Of a stretch of 64,000 nt of DNA, positions 52,040 to 64,000 are shown piece by piece. The notes beneath the pieces were generated by a model. That model saw only the letters and a list, made by a program, of their open reading frames with translations, did not search any database and was not told the origin of the DNA. The position numbers were made by a program, and so were the translations under genes. The stretch is taken from assembly GCF_031769215.1 (NCBI RefSeq), contig NW_026782690.1:62001-126000 (forward strand). Direction: 5' to 3'. Position 1 is the first letter of the stretch. The number at the start of each line of letters is the position of its first letter. Source of the DNA: Ylistrum balloti. Taxonomy: Eukaryota.

Positions 52040-53320
52040 AGTTTTCCTTGTTCGATGAGATACTTTCGATTGCAACACATTGCTCTCTATCTGATAAGTA
52101 GGACAGCATCCAAGACAAAGCTTTATCGTTCACATATGGTGTGAAGCGGAAGTATCACATCGAACAAGGAAATTGTGGATTTCGGCGTACCACAAGGTTA
52201 AGTTCTGGGCCCGAGAATGTACTGCCTGTTTTCTAAACCAGTTAGTGATATTTGTCGTAAACATGGTCTTTCATTCTATTGCTATACTGACGACACTCGG
52301 GCACATATGATTCTAAAACCTTCTAGGGATTGGAAAGGTATGTCATTCAAACTTGAATTGTGTGTTTCAGATATCAACAGTTGAATGAAATGCAACTTAC
52401 TTAAATTAAATCAGGACAAGACAGAAGTAATTGTGTTTACACCTACGAGTCAGCAAAGAAAATGTCAAAGCTCTCAGCTCACTGTTGGCAGCAGTGCAAT
52501 TACGCCAGCACCAGTTGTGAAAAACTTTGGTGTGCACTTTGACCGCTCTTTGACAATGGAACAACAAGTTAATGTCATTGTCAAATTCACATCATCGGAT
52601 GTATTCGTCAATATCTAACGTCAGACGCCTGCAAGACACTTGTTTATTCTCTTGTGACATCACGTTTGGATTATGGCAATGCAATTCTGTATGGTATTCC
52701 GAAATCACTGTTGAAAAAAAAAACTACAAAAGGTTCAAAATGCTGCAGCTCGACTTGTGACTAGAACAAAGAAGGGAGACCACATTAAACCGGTGCTTGT
52801 GTCACTTCATTGGTTGCCTGTAGAGTTCCGATGCCGATATAAATTTCTAGTATATGTTTACAATGTCCTACATGGACCCTTTTCTGACTATTTGAAAGAA
52901 TTGATCGTTTCATATGTCCCATCAAGGACACTGTGATCACAGTCTAGTGATATACTGACTGTCCCTAAAACAAGAACTGCTACATACGGTACATGTCCGC
53001 TGTTTTTTTCACTCGTCAGGAAAGTTGCAGATTGATCTACCTTGCCACTTGCATAACTGTGACTCACTGACAGTATTCAAATCCAGACTGAAACGCATCT
53101 CTTCACACGTGCATCTGATGTGTAAATAGTGTTTTAATTAGTATTTGACTCTTCCGAAACTTACCCAATACTTATTTGTATCATCATAGATGTATATATG
53201 ATGTATTTTGTATAGTTTCATAATATAGATAATTTTTTTAAACATGGCTTATAAAGCGATTTAGAGCTGATTTGTTTGACAGTATAGAGCGCTATACAAA
53301 TATTGCATATTATTATTATT
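52040..53320 (+). mobile_element. 5'-truncated, decayed L2/CR1-type LINE
   Basis: Motifs FGVPQG-S-LGP, Y(T)DDT, LDYGNAILYGIP, VQNAAARLVTRTKK, LHWLPV. The 3' end is gcgctatacaaatattgca(tat)n at 53,289-53,320. Confidence 0.85.
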
Positions 53321-54199
53321 AAAATAAGCGATAGCTGAATTGCATTTTCGAGAGCTTTATTAGATATTCAGATGTATTTTCAAAATCTAAACCCTCTCTG
53401 TAGTGGAGGGGTTTGTTAACAAAATCAAAATTAAATTCAAACGTGTGAGCAAACTGTTATGGACACCGCACGAGTTTTATCGAATTAGAAAGGGTGATAA
53501 TCTGTTAATACACAGGTTTCAAAATAGGAATCAACGTCGCCTCCCTTCATGATTAAGGAGTTTGAGGAGAGTGCCATACCATTTTCTTAGAAAGTCCTTT
53601 ATTTTTTCAGTTTTATTGAATTTGATATTCAAAGTGAAATGTTCTTTCTGTGTTCATTATATAAAAGGGTTCACAAAGAGTGATAACTATCATAGAAAGA
53701 CACAGCAGAAAAGAACGGAATAAAAATAAAGAATCTAAATGCAAAAATTTAGGGTTTAAGATTGATAATTTTTACCTATTACACGTCTCATTGGTAGAAG
53801 ACTCGAAATAAAGCAAGAGATTCTTTACAAAGGACATTACTAGTCTCCTCATACTAGTATGCTGTCGAATCCAACAGACCCTATTCAGAAGTTCTGAAAC
53901 AGACGGCAACCAATCCTGACCTGACCGGAACGTGTTTGCGGTGAGGAATTGCTATTCTGAGGTCAATATGTAATATGGATGTGTTGTGGTATACCACTCT
54001 TAATAAACTTCACTTTTTTTATGTGCCCAATTATTGTTGAATTCCGTTTTGATACAACCTAGGAAATCTAAATAACTAAAAAAATGTTAAGATTTTAATA
54101 TTGCTGCAATATCTTCAAATATCTCCCAGCTGCTGATTCCTGCGATTTTCTATCTATTCATAACGTTTTAATGATGTCGGCAGCTGTCTTGTCAAGAAG

Positions 54200-54212
54200 G
54201 TTGCCTAGCAAC
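54200..54212. promoter_or_regulatory. RFX X-box-like palindrome
   Basis: GTTGCCTAGCAAC fits GTNRCC-N(0-3)-RGYAAC. A YY1-like CGCCATTT lies about 35 nt away. Motif match only. Confidence 0.25.
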
Positions 54213-57200
54213 AGATCATCGGCTGCCCCAGGGATATGTGGAAGACGCCATTTGTGAGAGAGGAGAAGCATAATTTGGTAAACACATAACGTCTTGTTAT
54301 AATCATGCGCATTTAACACGTCAAATTGTTTTTTTTTCCTTCTACAGCAAATACTCGATATATACTAGTCCACTCGGATTTCATTTTAACCTTCAGAAGT
54401 AAATTAACTTTTGATGTCATATATATTCCAAGTGATAATTCAACATGAAAAATGCTGGAAACCATTTGATTCATTTACACACGTATCAAATATATCCTGC
54501 AGAACGTTTCAGTTTCTTAGCCCTTTAGTTTACGTGCTTTTAACAGCTCCGTTATCATTTTGGAAGCATGTTACCATGTGGATAATTATACATATTAACA
54601 ATGTATCAAAGTCATGTAATCTGATAGGAAGGTTTCAAGTTTAAATTGGCTGTCCATAACACGTAATAAATGCATTTACAAGACTTTCAAAGAGGATGTC
54701 GTGGTGTACTGATAGGCGATTGTCTGTCTTAGATCGAAAGTTTGTGGCCTGAGTACGACACAAGTCATAAATTGTCTTCTTTCGCAAGTCGCGTAACAAT
54801 GTCCAACTATACAAATCTACACATTCATACAAACCTATTTATTATTTGCATTGCCTTAAAAGAGTCATTATTATCAAATTACATGTATTTGATATCGAGA
54901 GAAAGCTCTACTTTTTCATTTTGGCTTAATGCAATTATTGAATATATTTTAACAGATATGTATCTATCCACAAGTAATTATTTCATTTTCTAAGAGTATT
55001 ACACGTGGTCTGAACCATAATTCCCATTTAATGAAGTTGTGCCTCTAAAACGCAATGCAAGAGCAAGCAGACGCAAGTGGAAATATGTAAAATGAAGAAA
55101 GGAGTAATTATTCGAGGAAATTCGGGTTCAAAAGTACATAATTTTGAAGCTAGATAAGATAATTATGAAATAACCCTTTTCTAAAGAATTTCTTGGAAAT
55201 TCGATACCAACTTTAGACCCATATAAAGGTTAACTTTACCTTTTTGTTTCATAAAGATGTAATCTTCAAATGTAGTATTCATATATTTGAAATAAGTCCT
55301 TAAGTTTAACATTAAAACACACCATTTGGCTTCTTTAGTATTTGACTTTTACATCAAAGTGTTTTATTTATTTTAGTTAATTAAGAGACCTAGTTAAGTT
55401 TCTTATCTGACATTGGATAAATTGCATACGCTTGGTGCATATTCTTTGAAAATAAAACTAGTCTTGATATTTCATTGAGAATTATCTCAGACTTGTCACA
55501 ATAAATTATCCAAACTCAAGAAGAGAGTTGAATGTTTACCTTTGTTTCACCTATTGCATTTCTTGCCTTCCGCCACTCTGTCCCTCGAGGAGACATTTTG
55601 ACTTATCATTTATAGGCAATGACTCCCAGCCCCGTTGACTTATACTACAAATTTAAGACGTCTATTGCAGTAAACACAACGACTCTTCTGACCTAATTTA
55701 GATAAACTGCACCCAGTCGTTCATGAATAGTTGTATCACAAAATGTTGACAGAGGAATCGACGTTATGGTGTAAGTTCATCAACCCTCTGTACCGAATAG
55801 TCTTATTGTAATATAGATCCTGAAGTCGGTATTCAATTTTGGATTTACGAGAGGTATCCATGTCGAGGATTTGAATGAATCCAGTTTGTTAGGATCAAAG
55901 AATCAAATAAAGCATTTTCCGTTGAGAAGCACCGAATAAGGAGATATGTAGACAATGACAAATTGATATATCAAAGAAGTAAACAGCCATAACACTATGA
56001 AATGAAGGAAAACAGTCTGATTTAACGGTCATTACGCCTATATATAGGGAGGAATTTAATTAAAAATACATGTAAGAGAGACGACCTTAGGCAACATCAA
56101 CTTTTAAAAACAACTGGGGGCAGTTACTCACCCAAATACTATCAATTTAAACCGCCGATCAGGGAAACACGACTTCATAATATGGTGATCAAACCATTCC
56201 AAATTGAAAGGAAATGAGAGAGGCGACCTCAGGACAATATTGACATTAAGAAATAAATAAATGGGCTGTTACTACTCCAAATATAGTCAAATTAAAAGCC
56301 TATCGAGTTTGAATACAACAAAATTGAAAATATAGAAATATCCGGAAAATAGAGACATCATAAATAACGATGAGACAGTAACTCTTTCACATGTAGTCAA
56401 TAAAATGGCTGCTCCGAAAATGCAACGTCTTTCTATGGTGTATAAAACTTACAAGTCTGAAAGGAATCGGTTGAAATGTGAAAGATCTGTGGACAAGTAT
56501 TTGATCAAAACGAGATGTAGAATTGATGTACGTAAAACAACGAGTGTTAATATGATTGAAACTTATTGCACCTGGTTACATCTAAAGTTGAATTAACGTA
56601 AAAATCAATTCCAAACTTGATACATATAAAAATTCAGAAACGCAACATGCTATGACATATCCTGTTCAGCAATTAACTGTTTAGGGATGTAACTGCACTA
56701 TTTCATTATTGTGAACAATTGGTGTGTTCAGTAACTTATCCTTAATCAGCATAATTTTAAAAGTTTGGCATCGGCATAAGTGTTATTGTCTACTAATTCA
56801 AGGTCGTTGGTGTCAATGTTCAGATTGTCTTATTACATTTTTTTAGTTAATAATCACTTTCATTATTCTATCATTTTGACAAACCAAACTATATCAAATG
56901 TGAGATCTTCAGTCAAATACTTCTCTCGGGGTTATAACTTTCATGCATGTCTTCTAGAGTGTAAGGAATTCACTTTCTAGTTTTTTTTCTGACTGGCTTC
57001 AAAAGATTCAAGTTTTCATTGAATGGTCATATCCATATTACCGCGTGGCTAAGAAACAAATGATCCGCAAAAATGTAAATAATATTGAAATATTATCTCA
57101 GAAATGCAAAACGGCCAAACTTTGGTTTTATATTATCTTCGAAAATTTTGTTTGGCCAGTTTGAACCAAGGCAAAATTAGCAGGCAATATATAATACATT

Positions 57201-59739
57201 ACCAATTTATCGATCCAATTTTAGTTTTGATCATCTAAGTTTATGGCTCCAACACTATCCCCACTGATATATCATATGGATCGTATAAAATACCCACATT
57301 GCATATTCGTTATCATTTTGCTATTCCTCTTTTCTATCCCTACATCGCCTCGCATGTTCTCTAAATGTTTGATATTGCCGGGAAGTATATTATTATGTAC
57401 TAAGGCTGTGAAGTACCAATATAAAAGAAGCTATAATTTGAAGTTCATATTTAATACGCGCAGGATTTAAATAATATCATAGCATTGTTGACATGTCTAT
57501 GGCCTTAGCTATGAGGAACGTATATGTACAATTACCCGAACGTTGGTCATGATATTTGCTTTGTTTTTATACATATCCTCACAACAGCCAGGATTAAATG
57601 AGGGCCAATGTCAAGAGGGACACCAAAAGAGGAAAGAAAAAAAACACCTTTAGACATCGGAGAAACCACCCAGAACTGCAGGGGAAAATTGATACGTTTT
57701 TAGGATATGAGATTATATTATTTATTTCTGAATCATACAATTATGAAAAAACTTAACATATTTCAACACGTAGGCTCTTGTAGTGATAAGGATGTTATTC
57801 CTCTTTCTAATAGTAATAACTTAATTTGTTTCTCTGAAATACCATTCAACAATTAAAATAATTTATCGACAAATATCGCTTTAATATGTTTATGTAAAAA
57901 TCATTAAATACACTCACTTGTGACATTGCTGTTCTTCTGCGAATCTTCTGTAAGTACAAATACTCTCACTTCCGTATGTAATACACCACAAAGCTGACGC
58001 GACTTTTGAAGTGTTATCTCCGATACGTGTAAAATTCTGTTATTTGAGATCTTCTCACGTTGAACACACTCGGATGAAGCAAATGTGGAGCAAAGTAAGG
58101 ACAGAAAGACGCACATGAATGAGAAATATGACTTAACACAAAACACGTGTTTGCGACGTGTGTTTGTGTTCACACTGAAATGATGGAAACGTTCCATAAC
58201 TGCTCATTACAAACGAAGCAGATCAGAGTGAAGATATTGTCTCACAGACGTAATCACTGCTAATCAGAATAGATTGGCACGCGAGAATCATGAAAGACAA
58301 TGCTAAATTCCTAATCCGCTATGCACAAAAGCAATTACCGCCACTGTCCAAACTAGTTCACATTTCATGTTGTGTCATTCAATCGGCGTTCTGCACATGA
58401 TAAACTGAATCGACACTTAAATTTTACTGTGCAATTTGGGTATCTTAGTTCATGTAGATATTGATATCCTTCTCCTGATATCGACCCCGTGACTTCTGGT
58501 ACCTTAACTGCTGTATGTTCAAGACAGAGACAGCGTAGAACAACCTCTGCTATAGGAGTATATGGACTAGTCTCTCTGATGATACAAGAGTAAATCCAAG
58601 AGTTATAACTGGATATATCCAATACGACAATTATTTCCCCACAATCTACCACTCTTTTAGGTTCCTATCTTTTTCTAAGGGCACGTGTCATTTTTGTGTC
58701 ATAATGTATAAATCCAGACCATGCATCGACGTCACACTGTTTACTTAAGTATTACACTGTACGAAGCATTAATAATGAGGAGCGAATAAACAGAGCTCAG
58801 TTTATCGTACTAACGCTTGACAGCAAGTGTTGCTGCCAATTTTCCTGGAGGCTTGGCATGGCCCTTTGGGCAGTCATGATAGTGAAGGTTTTTGTGCCTG
58901 TAGTAACACACACTGTTATTACTTTGTTGTCAGGCGATAGTGTCTGTTAACCGTTGCTTAACTCTCGTCGTGGTAGAACGTAATGTGCAGTTAATGTATC
59001 CACGCCAATGAAGCTTTGATCAATAGTACAGACTCTGTCACTGGAGCGATATGAACTCTTTATAACACAACGCTCAACAGAAATGTTTCAACGCTTTTTA
59101 CAACACGTGGTCACGCCAGTTTACTGCATCATCAAATCTTGAAACGACCCATTAGCTATTTATTTTTCGACATATAACGCTTACCAAACGTTTAGAAGCA
59201 ATATACATTGATAGTGATGATAATATATGTTTCCCAAAGAAGAAAAAGTAGAATCGACAAATGATTGTATAAAACACACACATGTTTATAGTGGTGAACG
59301 GGGATGATTAACGTTTTCTCCCTTCTAAAATCCGTTTATGACGTCTGTTACTATTGGTTTTGACACTTAGACGGAAATGGTAGACTTACCCTCATTTCAA
59401 TGAGTTTCATGATTTTCAATAGTGAAGGATTTCATAAGAATGCAATGAACATGTTTAAAATCAAAATAAATTAAAACGTGTCCCTCAGTTTAATGAGAAC
59501 TTTGAGAGGACAACTGGCAGTCTACTTTCCACAATCTTAAAAGATAAACAATTAAGTAATGTTATTTACTTTATCCATGATGTTAATTGTACGGCATCGT
59601 CAGGTGGTAGGCATACATGTTAAGATTAATGCAAGTAAACATTGACCAAAAGTGTCTTCTGGCTTTATATTCTTTAAAGTCTAATAAGATGTTATGGCCA
59701 TTTCAGACTGGTCTCCGTATCTATGCAATGCGAGTGCAT

Positions 59740-59900
59740 GTATTTAGTGTGTCGTATGGTTTCGTGAAGCTGTGATATACTCATGTAAGCCTCTTTTTGA
59801 AATAGCGAATTGATGCCTGCCGAGTGCTACCACACTGAAGTATACCGGCGAAGGCCGCCAGCAACACACCACATTCGATCACGTTATACTGACAACTAAA
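59740..59900 (+). mobile_element. SINE-like interspersed repeat fragment
   Basis: ctgccgagtgctaccacactgaagtat...acacaccacattcgatcacgttatactgaca resembles a widespread molluscan SINE body (from memory, unverified). Confidence 0.45.
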
Positions 59901-62900
59901 AAATCAGTCGTTACATTTATAAAATGATGAGCGTTTAGCGGGGAGTAAAACCCGCCATTAAAAAAAGGACGGCCCGGTGACAGATCCCAAAGCTTTCTTA
60001 CAATGGAAAACGCTCAACTAAAAGTCAAATGTGAATGTGAGATGGTATCAAGGGAGACATTAGGAAAAAACGTTGTTGTTTAAAAAGACGAGCAAAGACC
60101 AGATTCCGGAATTGTGTCGCCATGAAGGAATCATGCTATGGGGAGAGCAGGTACAATTCTTTGTGGTCTAATAATTGTTTAATACTGTCCACATCTGACA
60201 AAAAATAGTATTTACAAAAAACATTCAGGCTTTTCCGCTATAAGACAATTTAATTATCCGTTGATTTTACATACTGTATAGTGTCGTCAAAATAAGGGTA
60301 CTCTGTAGGACAATTCGACATCCTTACCTCATTGAATATAGTATAGATGTTGCACTCTCAAGTCTATAATAACGACATTATATATCAACTAGGTCGATTC
60401 ATCGTGATAAAATGCTTTTTGAACCACCTCAAATGAGCATAATCCATAGGATCAAAATTATTGGAGGAAAAACAACACAAATAAATCAAAACTTGTAGTA
60501 AATGTAAAAGTGAAGTCGAAATGTACAACATAAACTGGCCCTCGGATGAATTTAATATTTCCTGCGCTATGAAATGACACACATTGCACTCTGTAATGTT
60601 TAATGATAATTGTTCTGATTAACGTTAAACCATTATACCACCAAGCTCTTCTGAAATCCAACAGGAAACGACTTTTGGTATTTACAACTCAAGACAATTG
60701 AAACAAATAACGATTTTACAAGCTTTCTTAGGTTCATCAAGCGACATCCATACTTTTCATTTCGTTTTGGAAAGCGGTGCCCGCTTCAGAACCGTTCGAT
60801 ACTGTCATCTAGGTTTGAATTGTCACCCTGTTACTATATACGCAAATTTTGGGGTATCCAATACCTGATTAGAACACAGATCTCAATTGCGAAAATTATA
60901 CGTAAGATTTAACGTACACTTTGCGGTTATAAACGAGACTCGTACTATTTTCCAACAAGGAGCGATTCTTATCGAAATTAAACAGTTTTTATTGCACTTA
61001 CGGTTGTATCTGTAGTTAACTTGATTATCCTAAAACTACGTCAGTTGGTAAGTTGAGTCACTATGGTAATGATTGTTACTGTAAAGCAAAGACAGATTTG
61101 GTGTTACGTCAGAGATTATATTCTAAAAATAACGCTTCGTTTTAGAAACAAAAAAACCAAAAACAACAAAGGGTCATTTGATATGGGTTCCTGTCATTAT
61201 CAGTATAACACCCTATCAACTTGGGTTTTAATGTCTGTTTAAATTCCTCTTAAGATCACATACTCAGGTCACCAAAAGCCCGGTCCCCTTTGGATCTTCC
61301 TCTCAGACACTTAAAAGATTCTAAGATCGATAAGCAGTTAAAAGTTTGTCGATCCTGTACTAGTAGTTACTGATTGTCAATGCTTATCTATTCGACAAGC
61401 ATATGAGCAAAATGACGACAAACTACGACAGATTATGACCAAATGGCGATTAAACGATGACATATAATGACAAATGATTAAAGGCTATGACAAATGATTA
61501 TATACCGATTGCAAATTAAGACAAATGTGACAAATCATGACAAATCCTTAAAAAGTATGTCACATCATTGGCATTGGCATTCATCTTGGTATAGAAAGAC
61601 CACATGTCTCATCAAAATGTAGCTCCAATATCTAGACCAATGCTGTTCAAAATCGGTACCAACATTTGCAATGTTATTTTTTTAAATCAATGCATGCTTT
61701 AAATAATGTGGTATAATTGACGCGCGTGCAAATGCGCTTGTCGTATTGGTTTCCAGTAAACCGATATTTAGTGGGAAAAACTTAAGGTGCAGCAATATAA
61801 CTGGAATTTGTTAGCGTTCTTAGGATATCTAATGTTGATGCTGTGGAAACCTTATATCGAGAGCCACAAAGGATTGTAATATCGGATATTTCAGTTAACT
61901 AAGCTGTTTACTGAAATCAGAAGCAATGAATGCCTCTAACAAAAGTACAGTAATGCGTTACTGTTTTGTAAAACATAAGTACACTCTTGCTAAAATATCA
62001 TTATTACGTACACAGGGGCTACAAGTAAGGAACATATTTGCGTAAGGCCGACCGGACCCCGTGCCCAGGTGAGTTTCAGATGCAAATGTCGTTAGTTCCA
62101 CTACTATATATCGACAAAAACTATTATTTCTAACAAAGCAATAGCATCTAAAGCAAAACCTATTAATAGATTAAATATTGAAACAATAGAAAACCGCCCG
62201 ACAACAATGTCTACAACGCAGGGCAAAATATCACGTGTTTGAGCTGTTGTCTCAAATCCCTGCTGGAAAATTATGAATCGATATAGACATATCTTGTATT
62301 AGAACATTTTTTATTTACTTTTTTTTAAGATTCATTTTCATTTAATGCAGATGATTTGTTGTAGTTTTGAAAATGGGAAGGCTACATACTGCCATCACAA
62401 TGAGATGTCAAATATTTAGCCAACAAGCAATAGTATAACAGCTCAATCGAATACATTTCTTGAACTTTACAAAATTATATCAAAACAAAATTCTTGCTCT
62501 TCTGTATCTAGTTCTAAAAATTGAAAAATGCTATTCACTAGACAACTAACGTGCGCTTCCCTTGCATATTGAACTGACAACAGACAAACACTTATTTGTG
62601 CATCCTGCGACAGATGCAACTCAAACTCGAGTGCATCTTCGATATCATGGTCAATCGTAAAGGTGAGGTTTAATGAAATTTCCTAAAAGAATAAAACCAC
62701 CAGGGGTTTTATACAATGATTAAGTTGACATTGACTCCGCCATCCTGACAATAGACTTTGTCCTAGTTGTTAAAGTGTCAATAACGGAGACCCATATACC
62801 CAATCAGGTTGCCATCAATACTGAATAGCACAAATATTCTTTCTTCAGACAGCCGTTACTCGGAATCATATAGCCGCAGGCTAAGACCAAATGCCTGACT

Positions 62901-62999
62901 TATTTTTGTGACCTCCATCTTTTCGTTTAGATCAATAATTCATTGTCATAGTAATATATTCGACAAAAATGCTATTCTCTACTGTCGTCTCAATTCCAA

Positions 63000-63880
63000 C
63001 TTTACTCATACTAATTTCCTACCCATGAGTTCTATCATTTTAAGGAGAAAAACAATTAATTTAGCAATGTGTGAAATCATATTTTTTTTCTGAAAGTAAT
63101 GTTTAAAGGTTTTAATGTCACTTTCAAAGAAGCTGTTACCCTGCCCGTTCTCCGTTGCATGTACTACGTCATCATCTGAGCGAAAATTTATACCGGATAT
63201 GGCCTTTTTCAATTTTGGATTTGTGATAAGTTGAATAAGGAGGATGCTCAATCAATTCAAAGCCACAGTCGTTAACAGCAGTAATGGCAATAACAGTCTC
63301 TGAACAGGGGCCTTGTCTTGGTAGAACAACAAACCTTTACTTAGTTTTCCACGGCGCTTCAGTTTAATATCCATAACCTTCTCAGCTGATTGAACAGTCT
63401 AAGCCTTCTTTGGTGTTGGTGAACCAGGGTGCTGCATTTGTTTAGACAGACTGTTGTTTGGCCTGTGGGGCAACATGATTAACCCACATTTTATCCATAA
63501 TCATAAACCGCTGGAGAAAGTTAGCATGATCTGCCTCTAAAAGGTTCATATTAGCACGCGAAAAAGCGCGCCTGTTGTGCTTCTGATCAACTGTAAGAAG
63601 TCCTGGTACCTAATGATCTGAATGTTTTCTCATTGCAAGATTTTCCGTAAGAATGGGTCATACTATTTCCTGTGAAATCCCAGTTTTACTGGATACTATC
63701 CCTCTGTTACTCTCAGCCATAATAATATCTTTGATTTCATTGACCACATCTGGGTTTGCAACAGTAACAGGCCTTCAAGGACGGGCGTCATTCCCAAAGC
63801 CCTGCCTGCCTGCTACGTTTAAATTCCGCCTACCACCTTCTCACTGTAACATATAGAAGGACATCATTCCCTAGTGGTGC
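63000..63880 (-). mobile_element. Decayed mariner (Tc1/mariner) transposase
   Basis: Minus-strand fragments: VRRW/AEFKR..DARP-GRP (HTH), W-VP-LLT-DQK, EADHANFLQRFMIMDKMWVNH (TxDETW-like), QHPGSPTPKK, RGKLSKGLLFYQDKAP (HDNA-like) and PKLKKAISG-NFRSDDDVV. Stops and frameshifts are present. Confidence 0.85.
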
Positions 63881-64000
63881 TACTAAATCAGCATGGATAC
63901 TTAGCATAAGAGTGCTATCTGATGGACATTAACCGACAAAGTGACACCAGTCTTTCTGTAGACAGCCTTAAATAGTCAGGTAATATTGGAGATAAAAAGA

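Noticed and set aside
57904-58197. ORF with a signal-peptide-like stretch (MCVFLSLLCSTFASS) suggesting a PAN/apple protein
   Set aside because: Cys spacing is incomplete for PAN/apple and there is no supporting context.

Overview
AT-rich, intron-containing animal genomic DNA. The repeat and gene content suggest a bivalve mollusc (inference, not verifiable here). Positions 1-27.3 kb hold the 3' part of one large + strand gene. I reconstructed it by hand as 35 GT-AG exons with compatible phases (5,040 nt, about 1,679 aa; N-terminus lies upstream of the window). It encodes a gel-forming-mucin/SCO-spondin-like protein: repeated two-Cys domains plus Thr-rich segments, then 6 TSP1, 2 TIL, several VWC-like modules and a C-terminal cystine knot. 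Its repeated part comes from a near-identical ~5.3 kb six-exon cassette present in at least 2.6 tandem copies (1-13,874), introns included. The last copy has lost one splice donor. Convergent on the - strand (36.0-39.2 kb) are three exons of a DOMON-domain protein with putative heme ligands and a GPI-like tail. The rest is repeat-rich: a tRNA-derived SINE, satellite-bearing non-autonomous elements, a ~53-bp minisatellite, a 51-bp minisatellite (~45 units) resembling a SINE-like sequence elsewhere in the window, decayed Penelope-like and L2 retroelements, a mariner transposase relic, and orphan or decayed - strand exons. Most ORF-track entries are spurious or exon fragments.
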